Source: Phycisphaerae bacterium (GTDB taxonomy: Bacteria; Planctomycetota; Phycisphaerae; UBA1845). Taken from it: DNA of 47,801 bases. The notes under the pieces were generated by a model. That model saw only the letters and a program-made list of their open reading frames with translations. It did not search any database and was not told the DNA's origin. Every line of letters begins with the position of its first letter. Within the stretch, counting starts at the first letter, position 1. The stretch spans positions 1 to 47,801 of the forward strand of contig JAJDDU010000246.1 in NCBI GenBank assembly GCA_029260155.1. Reading direction: 5' to 3'. Positions 28,009-38,655 of the stretch are shown one piece after another. Position numbers and translations under genes: made by a program.

Positions 28009-31000
28009 TCATGGGTGCGTGATGTCGGCTGCCACCGGGGCAACGTCCGGCGTCTCGTGCTTGCGGACGGCGTCGATCTTGGCGCGAACTTCTTGAAGTA
28101 GCTTCTTCAGGTCCGCTGGTTCACCGTCCTCAGACACCTGCCCCTGCGCCGTTTCGATCGCCTCGTCCCAACGGTCAGCCGCCTCATCGACCCTTCCCAG
28201 TCGCCAGAGGGCATCGCCGAGGTGATCGTAGACCACGGGATCGCCGTTTTCCATGCGGGTGGCCGCCTTGACGAGCCACCGCCGAGCCTCCTCGAACGCA
28301 CCTTTCTTGTACAAGACCCAGCCATAGCTGTCGAGGTACGCACCGTTGCCGGGTTGCCCAGCCAGGGCGCGGCGGATCATACCTTGAGCTTCGTCCAGTC
28401 GCAGGCCCGCGTCGGCGAGCGAGTATCCGTAGTCGTTGTCGATTCCCGCTACGAAGCCTGCACGACGCAAGGTGTCACGCAGATCGTATGCTCTGGCGAG
28501 CGCGTCGAGCGCGCGGTCGCGGTCATCCAGAGATTGATGGCAGACGGAGAGCCGCGTGAGGTATTCGTATTTCGCCAGAGGCGACTCGACTTCGTCGATC
28601 CAGCGTCTTAGATTGGTCGCGGCATCTTCGTATTGATGGCCCACAATCTGCGCCACGGCAAGACTTACGCGCAAAGCGTGAAGAAAACGCTCGTTGTACC
28701 CGCGCGGGTCGGACTCGGTTTCGCGCATCCACTTGGTCCACTGCTTGATAGCTTCGGCGTGTCGGCCCGCCCGTTGAAGAGTCCGAAGCCTCTTCTCACG
28801 CTGCTCGCCCAAGGCGCCGCTATCGAGCAGCTCAAGGGCATCGTCCGGGCGATCGGCCGCGACAAGCGTCTCGATGAGCCAGTCGTTGAGATCATCATTC
28901 TCCGGATCGTCTTCGAGCAGGCCTAACAGAAACCGCTGAGCATGATCGTAGCGTTTCGCAGGGATCAACGTTCGCCAAAGCGCCTCCGCGGCCTCCATCC
29001 CCGAGTCATGTCGATACAACGCCTCCGCCTCGGAGACGGCTTCCTCGTGCCGATCAAGACGAGTGTAGTTCCCGATCAGCACCCTCCAGAGAACAGCGCT
29101 GTCGCGATCCGCGTCGCGCCACTCCCGCAATTGCGCGATCAATTCGTCGTCACGCCCGGTGTACGCGAGGGCTTCGCGAATGCCGTCGCGGTACGCGGCG
29201 ATATCGCCATCGTCAAGTCCTTGCTTATCAAGCTGCTCACGCGCCCACGCGAGTGCATCATCGAAGCGATGGTCAATGAGGAGAATACTGAGCAGGCGAC
29301 GCTTCCATGCTCGCCGGTTGGGATGCCGCGCCAGCAACGCGCGCATTGCTTCTATCTGCTTGTCGTATTCGAGCAGCGCCCCGAACGTGAGTACACGACC
29401 CATCGCAATGTCCAAGTCGTCGGCATCGATCGCCAACGCTTGCTCAAAAGCGTGCAGCGCATCGAACGGCTCATCGTTGAGCAAGTAGCTTTGGCCCAGC
29501 AATTCGTAGGTTCTGGCATCGGGACCGTTTTGCTCGATCGCCTTTCGTAGTGTTTCGCGATACGCATCCCAGTCGGCAATGAACGGGTTTGGATCGCGGT
29601 CAAGCCTCGCGGCACATCGTGCGATGCGGTGCGGCGAAGCAGACAACCGTCGTAGTTCGGCGAGCTGCCGGTCGGCGTCCTCCTTGCGATCCTGCTCGAA
29701 CAAGTAGATCTCGAAGAGGGCTTCCCGCGAGGCTTCATGAAGCGGATTGACCTCGATGATCGCCTCGTATTGCTGAATCGCCTTCAGCGTATCTCCCTTT
29801 CGCCGCAGGAGCTCAGCGAGTGTAGCCGGGGCGGCGATGTTGGTGCGATCCAGTCGAACGGCTGCACTGAGATGAGACTCTGCCTTGTCGAAATCGTCGA
29901 GCCCGGTATAAGCCCGCCCGGCGATCAACTGGAGCTGGCTATCTCGCTTCAACTGCTCGTCGTCGGCAGACACTAAGTCGATGACTTGCTGCCATGCAAA
30001 ACGGTCCAAGAGAATCGCCGCCAACGGAACGCGCGCCGGCGTGAGACTCGGAAGCTCGTCAAGCGCCCGCTCGAATAAAGACTCAGCCTGATTCGTTCGA
30101 CCGACACGTGCTGCGAGCGTGCCGAGCAAGTACGCGGTCGCGGCGTCGGCTGCGCTACCGTCTTCTCGGTCGAGCAGCGCTTCCACCGCGTCGGGGGCGT
30201 CGGCCATGGCAAGAGCTTTATTGCGAGCGGCCAGATGGTCCTCCGCGTCGACGCGGAGCGCGTCCGCAGCAACCTCGAGCACGCGGTGCCACTTCCTACC
30301 GGCAGTGAGGATGTCGCACAGTCTCCAGCGTAGCTCCTGCCGGTCCGGGTGCCGGTTGATTCCGTCGATCAGAACGCGCTCAGCCTCATCAAAGCGTTCA
30401 AAACGCGCCAGTACATTGACGAGCGCTACGACGAGGTCCGCCCGTTCCGGCTGGCCCTCGGACATGGCGCGAATGTCGTCGATGACTCGCTCAGGATGTC
30501 CGGCACGTTCGTGGATGCTGACCAGAAGCCGCACGGCGCGGTCTGTATCGGTCATAAGGGACCTGGCGCGTTCAAGTGCCTCGACAATCCTCCCGCACCG
30601 AGCGAGCAATCGGGCGAGCCGTTCCGTGGCATCGGCGTCGACATTTCGGTCCGCAAGTGCCGATGCGAGCGCGTCCGCGGCGCTGCTGAATTCGCCGAGC
30701 TTCTCGTAGGCGACCGAGATTGGCTCGCCCGCGTTGCCTCCGTTGATTTGCGTGAGACCGGTGAGTTCCGGCTCATCCTGCGCGTCAGGCGCCCGCGAAG
30801 CGACGGTCTGCTGGTAGGCGCGATACTGCTCAATGGAGGCTGTAAGATAGTGCTCCGCATTCAAAACCTGCGCGAGCCGGAAGTGCGTTACTGCGACGAA
30901 GGCGTCGAGGTCATCCGCGTTCGAAGCCTTGAGTGCGACACGGTAATGAGCGATCGCTTCGGCGGATTCACCATCCTCGAACGCGAGGCGGCCCAGAAGA

Positions 31001-31461
31001 TAGTGCGTCACAATGTCATCGCCGTCGATGGCGAGCGCTTTCTGCAAATGCGATCGGACGCGCTCGATACTGCCGGCTGCATAGAGTGTCTTAGCCAACT
31101 CCCTGTGTAGCTGGGGATGGTCCGGTGCTTGGCGAAGCGCCTTTTCCAGCTCAATGGCCGCTTCGGTGAAGCGATTTCGCTCATAAAGCCGCCGTGCGCG
31201 GTCTAGTCGTCTGGCAACCGGCGCTGACATCGCCGGCAGCACGGACGCGGGCGGTGGCGGCGGATCGGGCTTGATATCTTCAAGGGTCAGACGCGCGCGT
31301 TCCGGGTCGAACTCCGGATCGTGCGCGGTCAGTTTGCGATTCTCAGGAGCCGTGCCGCTTGTACAACCGGAGTAGACGCATACCGTCAGCACTCCGAGGG
31401 CAAAACAACCGGCTGCGATTGGTCTGGCGGCGAATGTTCGTCTCGACACGATGTTCCTCAA
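28009..31461 (-). CDS. 1150-aa TPR-repeat lipoprotein
   Basis: Leader ...FALGVLTVCVYSGC (lipobox-like), then dozens of TPR-like helical hairpins. The TTG start overlaps the upstream stop as TTGA at 31458-31461; GTG 31449 is an alternative start. Confidence 0.72.
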   Translation of the reverse strand: MRNIVSRRTFAARPIAAGCFALGVLTVCVYSGCTSGTAPENRKLTAHDPEFDPERARLTLEDIKPDPPPPPASVLPAMSAPVARRLDRARRLYERNRFTEAAIELEKALRQAPDHPQLHRELAKTLYAAGSIERVRSHLQKALAIDGDDIVTHYLLGRLAFEDGESAEAIAHYRVALKASNADDLDAFVAVTHFRLAQVLNAEHYLTASIEQYRAYQQTVASRAPDAQDEPELTGLTQINGGNAGEPISVAYEKLGEFSSAADALASALADRNVDADATERLARLLARCGRIVEALERARSLMTDTDRAVRLLVSIHERAGHPERVIDDIRAMSEGQPERADLVVALVNVLARFERFDEAERVLIDGINRHPDRQELRWRLCDILTAGRKWHRVLEVAADALRVDAEDHLAARNKALAMADAPDAVEALLDREDGSAADAATAYLLGTLAARVGRTNQAESLFERALDELPSLTPARVPLAAILLDRFAWQQVIDLVSADDEQLKRDSQLQLIAGRAYTGLDDFDKAESHLSAAVRLDRTNIAAPATLAELLRRKGDTLKAIQQYEAIIEVNPLHEASREALFEIYLFEQDRKEDADRQLAELRRLSASPHRIARCAARLDRDPNPFIADWDAYRETLRKAIEQNGPDARTYELLGQSYLLNDEPFDALHAFEQALAIDADDLDIAMGRVLTFGALLEYDKQIEAMRALLARHPNRRAWKRRLLSILLIDHRFDDALAWAREQLDKQGLDDGDIAAYRDGIREALAYTGRDDELIAQLREWRDADRDSAVLWRVLIGNYTRLDRHEEAVSEAEALYRHDSGMEAAEALWRTLIPAKRYDHAQRFLLGLLEDDPENDDLNDWLIETLVAADRPDDALELLDSGALGEQREKRLRTLQRAGRHAEAIKQWTKWMRETESDPRGYNERFLHALRVSLAVAQIVGHQYEDAATNLRRWIDEVESPLAKYEYLTRLSVCHQSLDDRDRALDALARAYDLRDTLRRAGFVAGIDNDYGYSLADAGLRLDEAQGMIRRALAGQPGNGAYLDSYGWVLYKKGAFEEARRWLVKAATRMENGDPVVYDHLGDALWRLGRVDEAADRWDEAIETAQGQVSEDGEPADLKKLLQEVRAKIDAVRKHETPDVAPVAADITHP

Positions 31462-32213
31462 TGGCTGGTCGTACGCTTGCCCCGTTTCGTCGCGGATTTG
31501 CGAACGACCTTTGGAGACTTGGCGGCGGCCGGGCTCCGCTCGGCGGACTTGCGCTTCGGCGTGCGGGCTGAAGCCGATTTTCCCGAGGCCGCGCTTACCG
31601 ACCGCTGCCCCTTGGCAGGCGAGAACTTCTGCATCAGAAGGCAGAACGCCTTCGCATCCGTGGCGCTGATGTTGCGTTCGAGAAACGCCTGAACCTCGGC
31701 GATGGAAGCCGAGGGATCCACGAGGTCATCACTGCGCAGCGCTTCGTATGTTCGCCGGTCGACGGGGATGGCGTGGCCGCCCAGGCTCCACAACAGCACA
31801 GAAGCGGCAGCGCACGTGTCCACCCCATCGAGCGACTCGAGGTAGTGCTTGGCGTCGCGTCGGCCGGCTTTGTGCAAATGGTCGAGCGTGACCGCGTGCT
31901 CTTTCCTGTAAACCGCGTTGAGCGCGCGGCGAACGGCGTCGGCCCTAACCATGCTATTGGGAACACTGGATCCGATGGCCGCGGAGATTTCCGCCGATGT
32001 CGAGACGCGAACCTCGTTGATGTCGACCATCGCCCCCTTGAGCGCTGTTGTGGCCCGCACCGCTCGTGGCCCCGCTGCATCGACCGACAGCAAGCCGATG
32101 ATCAACTGATCGATCGGGTCGGATGGTTCGGGCGTATCGGGCACGCCGTGCTCACTTTTGAGCTTGGCGAATACCCGTTTGACGCGCTTTGCGTAGAGCG
32201 TTCCGTTCTTCAT
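31458..32213 (-). CDS. HhH-GPD (endonuclease III-like) superfamily protein with a Lys/Arg-rich tail
   Basis: HYLESLDGVDTCAAASVLLWSLGGHAIPVDRRTYEAL resembles the HhH plus VD..v.R segment of EndoIII/MutY. I see no Fe-S Cys cluster. The C-terminal 50 aa are K/R/S/A-rich. Confidence 0.5.
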   Translation of the reverse strand: MKNGTLYAKRVKRVFAKLKSEHGVPDTPEPSDPIDQLIIGLLSVDAAGPRAVRATTALKGAMVDINEVRVSTSAEISAAIGSSVPNSMVRADAVRRALNAVYRKEHAVTLDHLHKAGRRDAKHYLESLDGVDTCAAASVLLWSLGGHAIPVDRRTYEALRSDDLVDPSASIAEVQAFLERNISATDAKAFCLLMQKFSPAKGQRSVSAASGKSASARTPKRKSAERSPAAAKSPKVVRKSATKRGKRTTSH

Positions 32214-32617
32214 TCGGTCGTTCCATTGGCTCGGTCGTGGTCGTTGTCCGAAGCGTCTGCCTCAGTGCCCTGCTCGCGTACAGTCTGCTCGATTATTCCC
32301 AGCGTCTCATTGCCGCGTTTTATGGACTCGTCGCATTCAAGCCGGACCTCCGGGCAATGCCGCAGGCCAAGGTTCTTGGCCAGATAACTCTGTATGTGTC
32401 CCCGAGCGTGACTGAGCGCCGCCATCGTTCGCCGCTCCTCGCCATCCGTCCCCAGCACGCTGATGAAGATCTTGGCGACCCGAAGGTCTCTGCTCATCTC
32501 GACGCGCGTGACGCTGGTCATCGGCGCGATACGCGGATCATTGAGTTTGTTCCTGATGACGTCGCTGACAATCCAGCGGACGTCAGCGGCGATTTTCTCA
32601 ACTCTATGTCCCGCCAT
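32210..32617 (-). CDS. rbfA: ribosome-binding factor A
   Basis: R..K....V....S.VI...L.DPR......VT.VE.S.DL..AKIF.S and a GAGGAG RBS. The stop overlaps the next ATG as ATGA. Confidence 0.88.
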   Translation of the reverse strand: MAGHRVEKIAADVRWIVSDVIRNKLNDPRIAPMTSVTRVEMSRDLRVAKIFISVLGTDGEERRTMAALSHARGHIQSYLAKNLGLRHCPEVRLECDESIKRGNETLGIIEQTVREQGTEADASDNDHDRANGTTE

Positions 32618-32635
32618 TGACTCCTCACGCGGTGC

Positions 32636-32917
32636 TCAAAACACCTCTGTTTCATACCCGATCACAACGACGGTATGTTGCTTCCGCACCCAATCGATGA
32701 TCTTGTCCAGGCAACTCCGAACAAACCGCGACTCGTTTGCGACGAGTGCAATGCCGATCACCGCCCGTTGCCACACATCCAGCGCGTCCACCTCAGCCAC
32801 CGACACATTGAACTTGTTGCCCAACCGCTCCTTGATGCTCTTGATGACCCGACGCTTGTCTTTCAACGAATGCGCTTCGGCGATCGACAGCTCAATTCTG
32901 AGCACACCGACAATCAT
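32636..32917 (-). CDS. DUF503 (YlxP-like) protein
   Basis: MIVGVLRIELSI.EAHSLKDKRRV.KSI..RL..KFNVSVAEV is typical of DUF503, as is its usual position between infB and rbfA. Confidence 0.85.
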   Translation of the reverse strand: MIVGVLRIELSIAEAHSLKDKRRVIKSIKERLGNKFNVSVAEVDALDVWQRAVIGIALVANESRFVRSCLDKIIDWVRKQHTVVVIGYETEVF

Positions 32918-34092
32918 CGTTCGCCGAGGCTGCCACGGTGATGTTCTGACTCGAACCGCTTGGCACTGAATACGCCGGTCATCGGATCGATCTCGAACAT
33001 ATGAAACTCGCCGGTCTCGTCCACTGGGTAACTAATCGCGCCGAAGCGATGCAGAATACTCAACAAGTCCGGCCAAATGCGTTCATCCACTCCGTGGTAA
33101 TCGAGTTCGCCTTCCACATCGTCGTCGTCGAACCCGTAGAGCTTGGAGTCTGACCGGAATCGCTTCAGATCAGCCAAACTGCACTCGGACGGCACGAACT
33201 GGGGTGTTAGCACAGCCCACTCGTTTTCGTACACGGTAACTTCGTATTGCCGCACAATGTGCTTCTGGCCACGGATCGAAACGGCCCCGACTTTTGTCGC
33301 ACCATCCGGTCGGAAGAACTCGTCCGCAGCCTTGTCCGCTTTTTTATTGGCTGTCTCGTCCTCCACACTGCGACGGGTCCCTTTGTAGTTGTAGTTCTTG
33401 TAGTTCTTCATCAGTTGTGGATCGTTGATCGGCAGCGTCACTGCGAACGTATATGTCCCGGCCGTCAGATCAACCGCGCCGGGTGTTGCCATTCGCTTCG
33501 CGTCCGTGCTCGCCAACCAGTCCAATCCCCGACCCGACGAAGTGACCTCGCGATAGTATGCCGTCGTGCGATCAGGGATCGCGTCGACGTAGACGCCCTG
33601 ATTGCCGCGCCGCGAAAGATCCTCGCGCAGAAACCCGAAGCGTCTTGACGACTGCTTCGGCTTCTTGGAAGTATCCGTGATGCGCGCGGGTCTGTCGGGA
33701 GGAGGGGACTTGGTCACCGCCGGCTTGTCGTCCACCAGGAACGCATCATTGAACATCGGCCAAGCGTACTTCTTTCCCACGAAAATGACACAGATCAACA
33801 CCGCCGCCACGTAGGCCATCTTCTTCACCACGGCGAAGGGATCAGCCGCCGTGCGCGACGCACCGAAAGGCATGCCCGCGCGGTCGCTCTTGCGAGACCG
33901 CTTGACCGTTTTGGGCGACGCACTGCCGGCCGTGGATTCGGAGGCGACCTCAGAAAAGAGGAAATCCAACTCGTCCTGGTCGTCCTGCGGGACCTGCGCT
34001 TCCCGGCCGCAGTAGGCGCAGCGCACCACCTTGCCTGCGTCCTCGTCCTTGGCACGAACCGTGTGGCCGCAATCCGCCTTAAACTCGATCAT
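32914..34092 (-). CDS. zinc-ribbon / single-pass membrane protein, function unknown
   Basis: The N-terminus is CGH...(16)...CAYCG. A TM segment MAYVAAVLICVIFVG follows, then an extracytoplasmic region with a PEGA-like beta segment (GVYVDAIPDR...TAGTYTFAVTLP). The stop overlaps the DUF503 ATG as ATGA. Confidence 0.55.
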   Translation of the reverse strand: MIEFKADCGHTVRAKDEDAGKVVRCAYCGREAQVPQDDQDELDFLFSEVASESTAGSASPKTVKRSRKSDRAGMPFGASRTAADPFAVVKKMAYVAAVLICVIFVGKKYAWPMFNDAFLVDDKPAVTKSPPPDRPARITDTSKKPKQSSRRFGFLREDLSRRGNQGVYVDAIPDRTTAYYREVTSSGRGLDWLASTDAKRMATPGAVDLTAGTYTFAVTLPINDPQLMKNYKNYNYKGTRRSVEDETANKKADKAADEFFRPDGATKVGAVSIRGQKHIVRQYEVTVYENEWAVLTPQFVPSECSLADLKRFRSDSKLYGFDDDDVEGELDYHGVDERIWPDLLSILHRFGAISYPVDETGEFHMFEIDPMTGVFSAKRFESEHHRGSLGER

Positions 34093-34125
34093 GCGTCTGT
34101 GCAGCGCTCTCTACTGACCGTCAGA

Positions 34126-36918
34126 TCACAGTGTGCGGGCGATCTTGACGATTTCAAATGCCTCAATAATGTCACCGGGTTTGACGTCGTCGAACCCTTC
34201 GATTCGGATACCGCATTCCAACCCAGCGCGGACTTCCTTCGCATCATCTTTGAACCGGCGTAACGACCCGATCTTGCAGTTGTCGCGGACCACAGTGCCC
34301 TCGCGCGTTAGCCGGAGTTGATGACTCCGCTTGATGAGACCGTCAGCGACGTGGCACCCGGCGATCGTCCCGACCTTCGTCACGTTGAACACTTCACGCA
34401 CTTCGCAGGTTGCCCGCTGCTCGATCTTCTCGTCAGGTGCGAGGAGACCTTCCAACGCCTTCTTAATGTCGTCGGCGACCTCGTAAATCACCTTGTACTG
34501 ACGGATGTCGACGCCTTTGGACTCGGCCAGTTTCTTGGCACCCACGCTCGGAACGACACGAAAAGCGATGATGATCGCATCCGACGCGTGTGCCAGAAGC
34601 ACGTCACTATCATTGACTGGGCCCACGCCAACGTGCCTGAACCCAAGTGTCACTTCATCGGACGGGATTTTCGAGAGCATAGCCCGAAGCGCGTCCATTG
34701 AACCGTCGACGTCCGCTTTGAGAATGACGTTGAGCTCAGGTATGTCGCTCGCATCGCGACGCTTGACGACTTCCTCTAGCGTGCGGACGCGCTGAGACTG
34801 AGCTCGGCCTTCGTGGATACGCTGATGCTTGCAACCTTCGGCGACGGTCTTGGCCCGCTGCAAGGACTTGAGGACGTAGAACTTGTCACCCGCCGTGGGT
34901 ACCTCGTCAAGTCCCCAAATCTCAACCGGAATCGACGGGCCAGCCTCCCTGAGCTTGCGGCCACGGTCGTCCACCAGGGCGCGCACCTTGCCGAATGCGT
35001 TGCCGCAAACCACCGTGTTCCCCGCCCGCAGCGTTCCCGACTGCACGAGCACGCGGGCCACCGAGCCAACGCCCTCCTTTGTCTGGGCTTCGATGACCGT
35101 GCCGCTGGCGTCACATTTGTTGTCTGCCTTGAAATCCAGCACCTCGCCGAGGGCCGTCAGGTGCTCGAGCAGTTCGTCAACACCCTGCCCCGTGGTCGCG
35201 GATGTGTGGATCACGTCCGTTTCGCCGCCCCAATCGCCGCTCGGCTGAAGCCCACGCTCAGCCAATTGTCCGTAAATACGATTCACATTCTGAGTGCCCA
35301 GGTCAATCTTGTTCAACGCGACCACTATGGGCACTTCCGCCGCCTTGGCGTGGTTGATCGCCTCAACGGTCTGAGGCATCACCCCGTCGTCGGCGGCGAC
35401 GAGGAGCACCACCAAGTCGGTAATCTGCGCCCCGCGGGCTCGCATCTCTGTAAATGCAGCGTGGCCGGGCGTATCGACAAAAGTCAGTTTGCCGGCCGTC
35501 TTATGCTCCAGATGATAGGCGCCGATGTGCTGCGTGATCCCGCCGTCCTCGGAGACGGTGACATCAGTCTTACGCACGGCGTCCAGAAGACTGGTCTTGC
35601 CATGGTCCACATGCCCCAGGAATGTAATCACCGGCGGGCGCGACTTCGGGTTCTTCGGCTTACGCGCGGCGAATTCCTCCTCGACTTCGTCGAGGGGGGA
35701 TTTCGGCGCGATAATCGTCAACGCTACACCGCGCTCGAGCGCGATGTACTCAGCCATTTCATTGGATAGCTCCATGTTGATGTGGGCGAAGACGTTGAAT
35801 TCCTTCCGCAAGATCGGCATGATGTGCAGCACGGAAATACCGGTGGCTGCGCAAAAGGCTTTCATCATCACCGGACCCTGAACCGTTGCCTCGGTCTTGG
35901 CGGGCGCAGGGCCACCAGGAGAGCTGCCCCCATGACCGCTCCCGCCGCGTCTCGTGTGGATACGCCTGCCGGTGGCATCGAGAATCCGCTCCTTGCGTTC
36001 ATCCAGATCGCGATTTCGCCATTCGTTCAGCTTCTCCGCCGACATGTCGGCCGGGCTGACCCGTTGGACAGAACGCCCTTTCTTCGCTCGGTCCGTGGTG
36101 GCGCCGCGTCCGCGAAGCCCGCGGCGCTGGCCAGGCGCTCCCGGCGCCTCGCCGACAGGCATGGCGGGCCGGGGACCGGGGGCATCAGTGGGACGTCGAC
36201 GAGGAACCGGTCGACGAATGTCCTGCTCGACCGGCTCATACCGGACGACACGAGGACCCTTGAGCGTGACAGGCTTCGGTACATTTTGAGGGCCGGCTGG
36301 CAGGATTTTCTCGGCTTCTTCAGGTGGTGCTTCCGGCTCGGTAGCCTGCACCTCTTCCTCGCCAGCGCCGGGTGATGTCGATTCCGGCAGAGCGGATTCG
36401 GTCGGGAGTGCCGCGTCTGTGTCGACGGAGTTCTCCGCGGGAGGCGCCGTGGCGACGGGCTCTACAGCCGTCGTAGAATCAACGGACGCAGCCTCCGGCT
36501 GCTCGATGACGGCGGCCGCCTCCATTGAGGGAGGCGTCTCAGCCTGCACATCACCGTGCGGGGCGGCATCCTCTGAGGGCGGAGCTTCCGCAACGGCGAT
36601 TGCGGTGTCATCTGCGCCGCCACCACCCGCCGTCTCCGCAGAATCCGCGCTCGCCCCAGCGACAGCGTCGCGCTTGGCCGACGGTGTCTTGCGGACAGTC
36701 TTGCGGACCTTCTTCAGGTCGACCCGATCCGTCGTTTCGATCGTCGTGTCGTGCTGCCCCTCGCTGAACCACTCGCGAATCGTAGCTTCAAGGCCGGCGG
36801 AGAGGGTCGACATGTGGTTCGTGACCTGCAGCCCCTCAGCCTGACACTTGGCGATGATCACCTTGCTCGGGACGCCGAGCGCCTTCGCAAGAATATGAAC
36901 ACGCATCTTCTCAGCCAA
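34126..36918 (-). CDS. infB: translation initiation factor IF-2
   Basis: G-domain motifs [17 protein letters not shown] and NKID, a long Pro/Ala/Glu-rich N-terminal region and the conserved C-terminal domains. Confidence 0.95.
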   Translation of the reverse strand: MAEKMRVHILAKALGVPSKVIIAKCQAEGLQVTNHMSTLSAGLEATIREWFSEGQHDTTIETTDRVDLKKVRKTVRKTPSAKRDAVAGASADSAETAGGGGADDTAIAVAEAPPSEDAAPHGDVQAETPPSMEAAAVIEQPEAASVDSTTAVEPVATAPPAENSVDTDAALPTESALPESTSPGAGEEEVQATEPEAPPEEAEKILPAGPQNVPKPVTLKGPRVVRYEPVEQDIRRPVPRRRPTDAPGPRPAMPVGEAPGAPGQRRGLRGRGATTDRAKKGRSVQRVSPADMSAEKLNEWRNRDLDERKERILDATGRRIHTRRGGSGHGGSSPGGPAPAKTEATVQGPVMMKAFCAATGISVLHIMPILRKEFNVFAHINMELSNEMAEYIALERGVALTIIAPKSPLDEVEEEFAARKPKNPKSRPPVITFLGHVDHGKTSLLDAVRKTDVTVSEDGGITQHIGAYHLEHKTAGKLTFVDTPGHAAFTEMRARGAQITDLVVLLVAADDGVMPQTVEAINHAKAAEVPIVVALNKIDLGTQNVNRIYGQLAERGLQPSGDWGGETDVIHTSATTGQGVDELLEHLTALGEVLDFKADNKCDASGTVIEAQTKEGVGSVARVLVQSGTLRAGNTVVCGNAFGKVRALVDDRGRKLREAGPSIPVEIWGLDEVPTAGDKFYVLKSLQRAKTVAEGCKHQRIHEGRAQSQRVRTLEEVVKRRDASDIPELNVILKADVDGSMDALRAMLSKIPSDEVTLGFRHVGVGPVNDSDVLLAHASDAIIIAFRVVPSVGAKKLAESKGVDIRQYKVIYEVADDIKKALEGLLAPDEKIEQRATCEVREVFNVTKVGTIAGCHVADGLIKRSHQLRLTREGTVVRDNCKIGSLRRFKDDAKEVRAGLECGIRIEGFDDVKPGDIIEAFEIVKIARTL

Positions 36919-36958
36919 ACGCGATCCTCCAAACTACATTCGCCAGCAGGCGATCGTG

Positions 36959-38431
36959 TCAATCCGCTTGCGGTTCGACACACTCATCCGAAATCGACTC
37001 GGTAACGGTGGCTTCATCGGCTACGTCAGTTGCGGGGCCTGCGTCCGAGACGCCCTCCTCCGCAGCTTTCGCTGAATCGCCGTCGTCGACACTCAGTGCC
37101 GGCGCAGCAGCCACGGTAGCGACCAGTTCTTCGCCTACGTCCGCAGCAGTTTCGGGGGACTGGGACTCGGAGTCGCCGGTCCCACCGTCAGCCTCAACCC
37201 CATTGGCAGTAGCCTCAGCCTCGGCCGCAGCGGCGACCTTCGCGGCTTCTGCCGCCACCGCCCGGGCAAGCTCTGCCTCCTTGGCAAGCCGCTCGATACC
37301 TTCCACAGCGGTTTCGACAACCTTGGCCGCCAGCGTTTCGTCAAGTTCGAGTTCCTTGACCATTGGCTCCGTCCCCACCTCTTTTACATCCATGAGCGAC
37401 ACGATTCCCAGCGCGAGAATCTTGTCTAAGAGTACGTCCTCGACCCCCTCGACAACCTTCAAGGTCGTCTGCAGATCATCGAGGCCCTTGTTGTACTCCT
37501 CCGGGGTGAGAATATCGATGTCCCACCCAGTCAGACGCGCCGCAAGACGAACGTTCTGCCCGCGCTTGCCGATCGCTAGCGACAATTGGTCCTCGGAAAC
37601 GACCACCGTCGCTCTGCCAAGCTCGAAACAGAGTGCCACCTCTTGGATCTCGGCTGGCTTAAGTGCGTTACCGATCAGGATCTGCGAGGATTCGTTCCAT
37701 CGAACGATGTCGATCTTCTCGCCGCCCAACTCATCCACGATATTGCGAATTCTGCTCCCACGCACGCCGACGCAGGCTCCGACAGCATCCACCTTCATGT
37801 CGATGCTTGCCACAGCGACTTTCGTGCGATAACCCGCCTCACGGGCCAGCGCACGGATTTCGATGATCCGCTCCGCCACTTCCGGGACTTCCACCTCGAA
37901 CAGCCGTCGGATGTAGTCCGGGTGTGTTCGCGTCAGGACGATGCGCACCTGATACGGCGCCTCCCGGACGTCCAGAATCATTGCGCGGACACGCTCGCCG
38001 GGGTGGTGAGACTCGCCGGGAATCTGCTCGCTTCGAGGCAGATATCCCTCTGATCGCCCGAGATTGACGACGAGGGCGCTGCCTTCTGCGCGGGCGACCG
38101 TACCCGTGACTATCGTCCCGACACGCTCCGAATACTCGTCGAAAATGCTGCTGCGCTCGGCCTCACGAATGCGTTGGATAATCACCTGTTTCGCAGTCTG
38201 GGCCGCGATGCGACCCAGCATTTTCATGTCAATCGGCGCACCGTTCACCGTTGCGGCGATCTCGCCGCTGGCCCGGTCGATTCTGACTTGGACGTCGTCC
38301 TCCTCGCCGTGGGCCTTCCGTGCCGCGGAGATCATCGCGGACTCGATGTCCTGGTAGACCAATTCCTTATCGATGTTCTTGTCGCGACTGATCGAATCGA
38401 CCAAGCGAAGTAAATCTGCGTTGTTTATCAT
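36959..38431 (-). CDS. nusA: transcription termination/antitermination factor NusA
   Basis: ATG 38431 (MINNADLLRLVDSISRDKNIDKE), followed by S1 and two KH domains. The acidic Ala-rich C-terminal extension is noted. Confidence 0.93.
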   Translation of the reverse strand: MINNADLLRLVDSISRDKNIDKELVYQDIESAMISAARKAHGEEDDVQVRIDRASGEIAATVNGAPIDMKMLGRIAAQTAKQVIIQRIREAERSSIFDEYSERVGTIVTGTVARAEGSALVVNLGRSEGYLPRSEQIPGESHHPGERVRAMILDVREAPYQVRIVLTRTHPDYIRRLFEVEVPEVAERIIEIRALAREAGYRTKVAVASIDMKVDAVGACVGVRGSRIRNIVDELGGEKIDIVRWNESSQILIGNALKPAEIQEVALCFELGRATVVVSEDQLSLAIGKRGQNVRLAARLTGWDIDILTPEEYNKGLDDLQTTLKVVEGVEDVLLDKILALGIVSLMDVKEVGTEPMVKELELDETLAAKVVETAVEGIERLAKEAELARAVAAEAAKVAAAAEAEATANGVEADGGTGDSESQSPETAADVGEELVATVAAAPALSVDDGDSAKAAEEGVSDAGPATDVADEATVTESISDECVEPQAD

Positions 38432-38514
38432 GCGTCGGGCGTTCCTTACGCCTCGTGCGGTAAGCCGGCGACCGCACACGCCTGGTTCAAGTGGCTCGAC
38501 CCACCATCAAACAA

Positions 38515-38547
38515 AAATGTGGGTGCGCACAAAGCAATCCCACATTT
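38515..38547 (-). terminator. intrinsic terminator-like hairpin between the ABC ATPase gene and nusA
   Basis: On the minus strand: AAATGTGGG-(15-nt loop with an inner tgc/gca pairing)-CCCACATTT followed directly by TTGTTTG. Together with the last stem bases this reads CCCACATTTTTGTTTG. Confidence 0.55.
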
Positions 38548-38655
38548 GCAGCCAATACCGGTCTAATAGCAGGAACGTCCGTGTCTTAGCGCATTACACG
38601 CCTCCGACGCTGCTGCCTACCGGAACCAATGCCCGCGACCCCACAACCATGCCTG

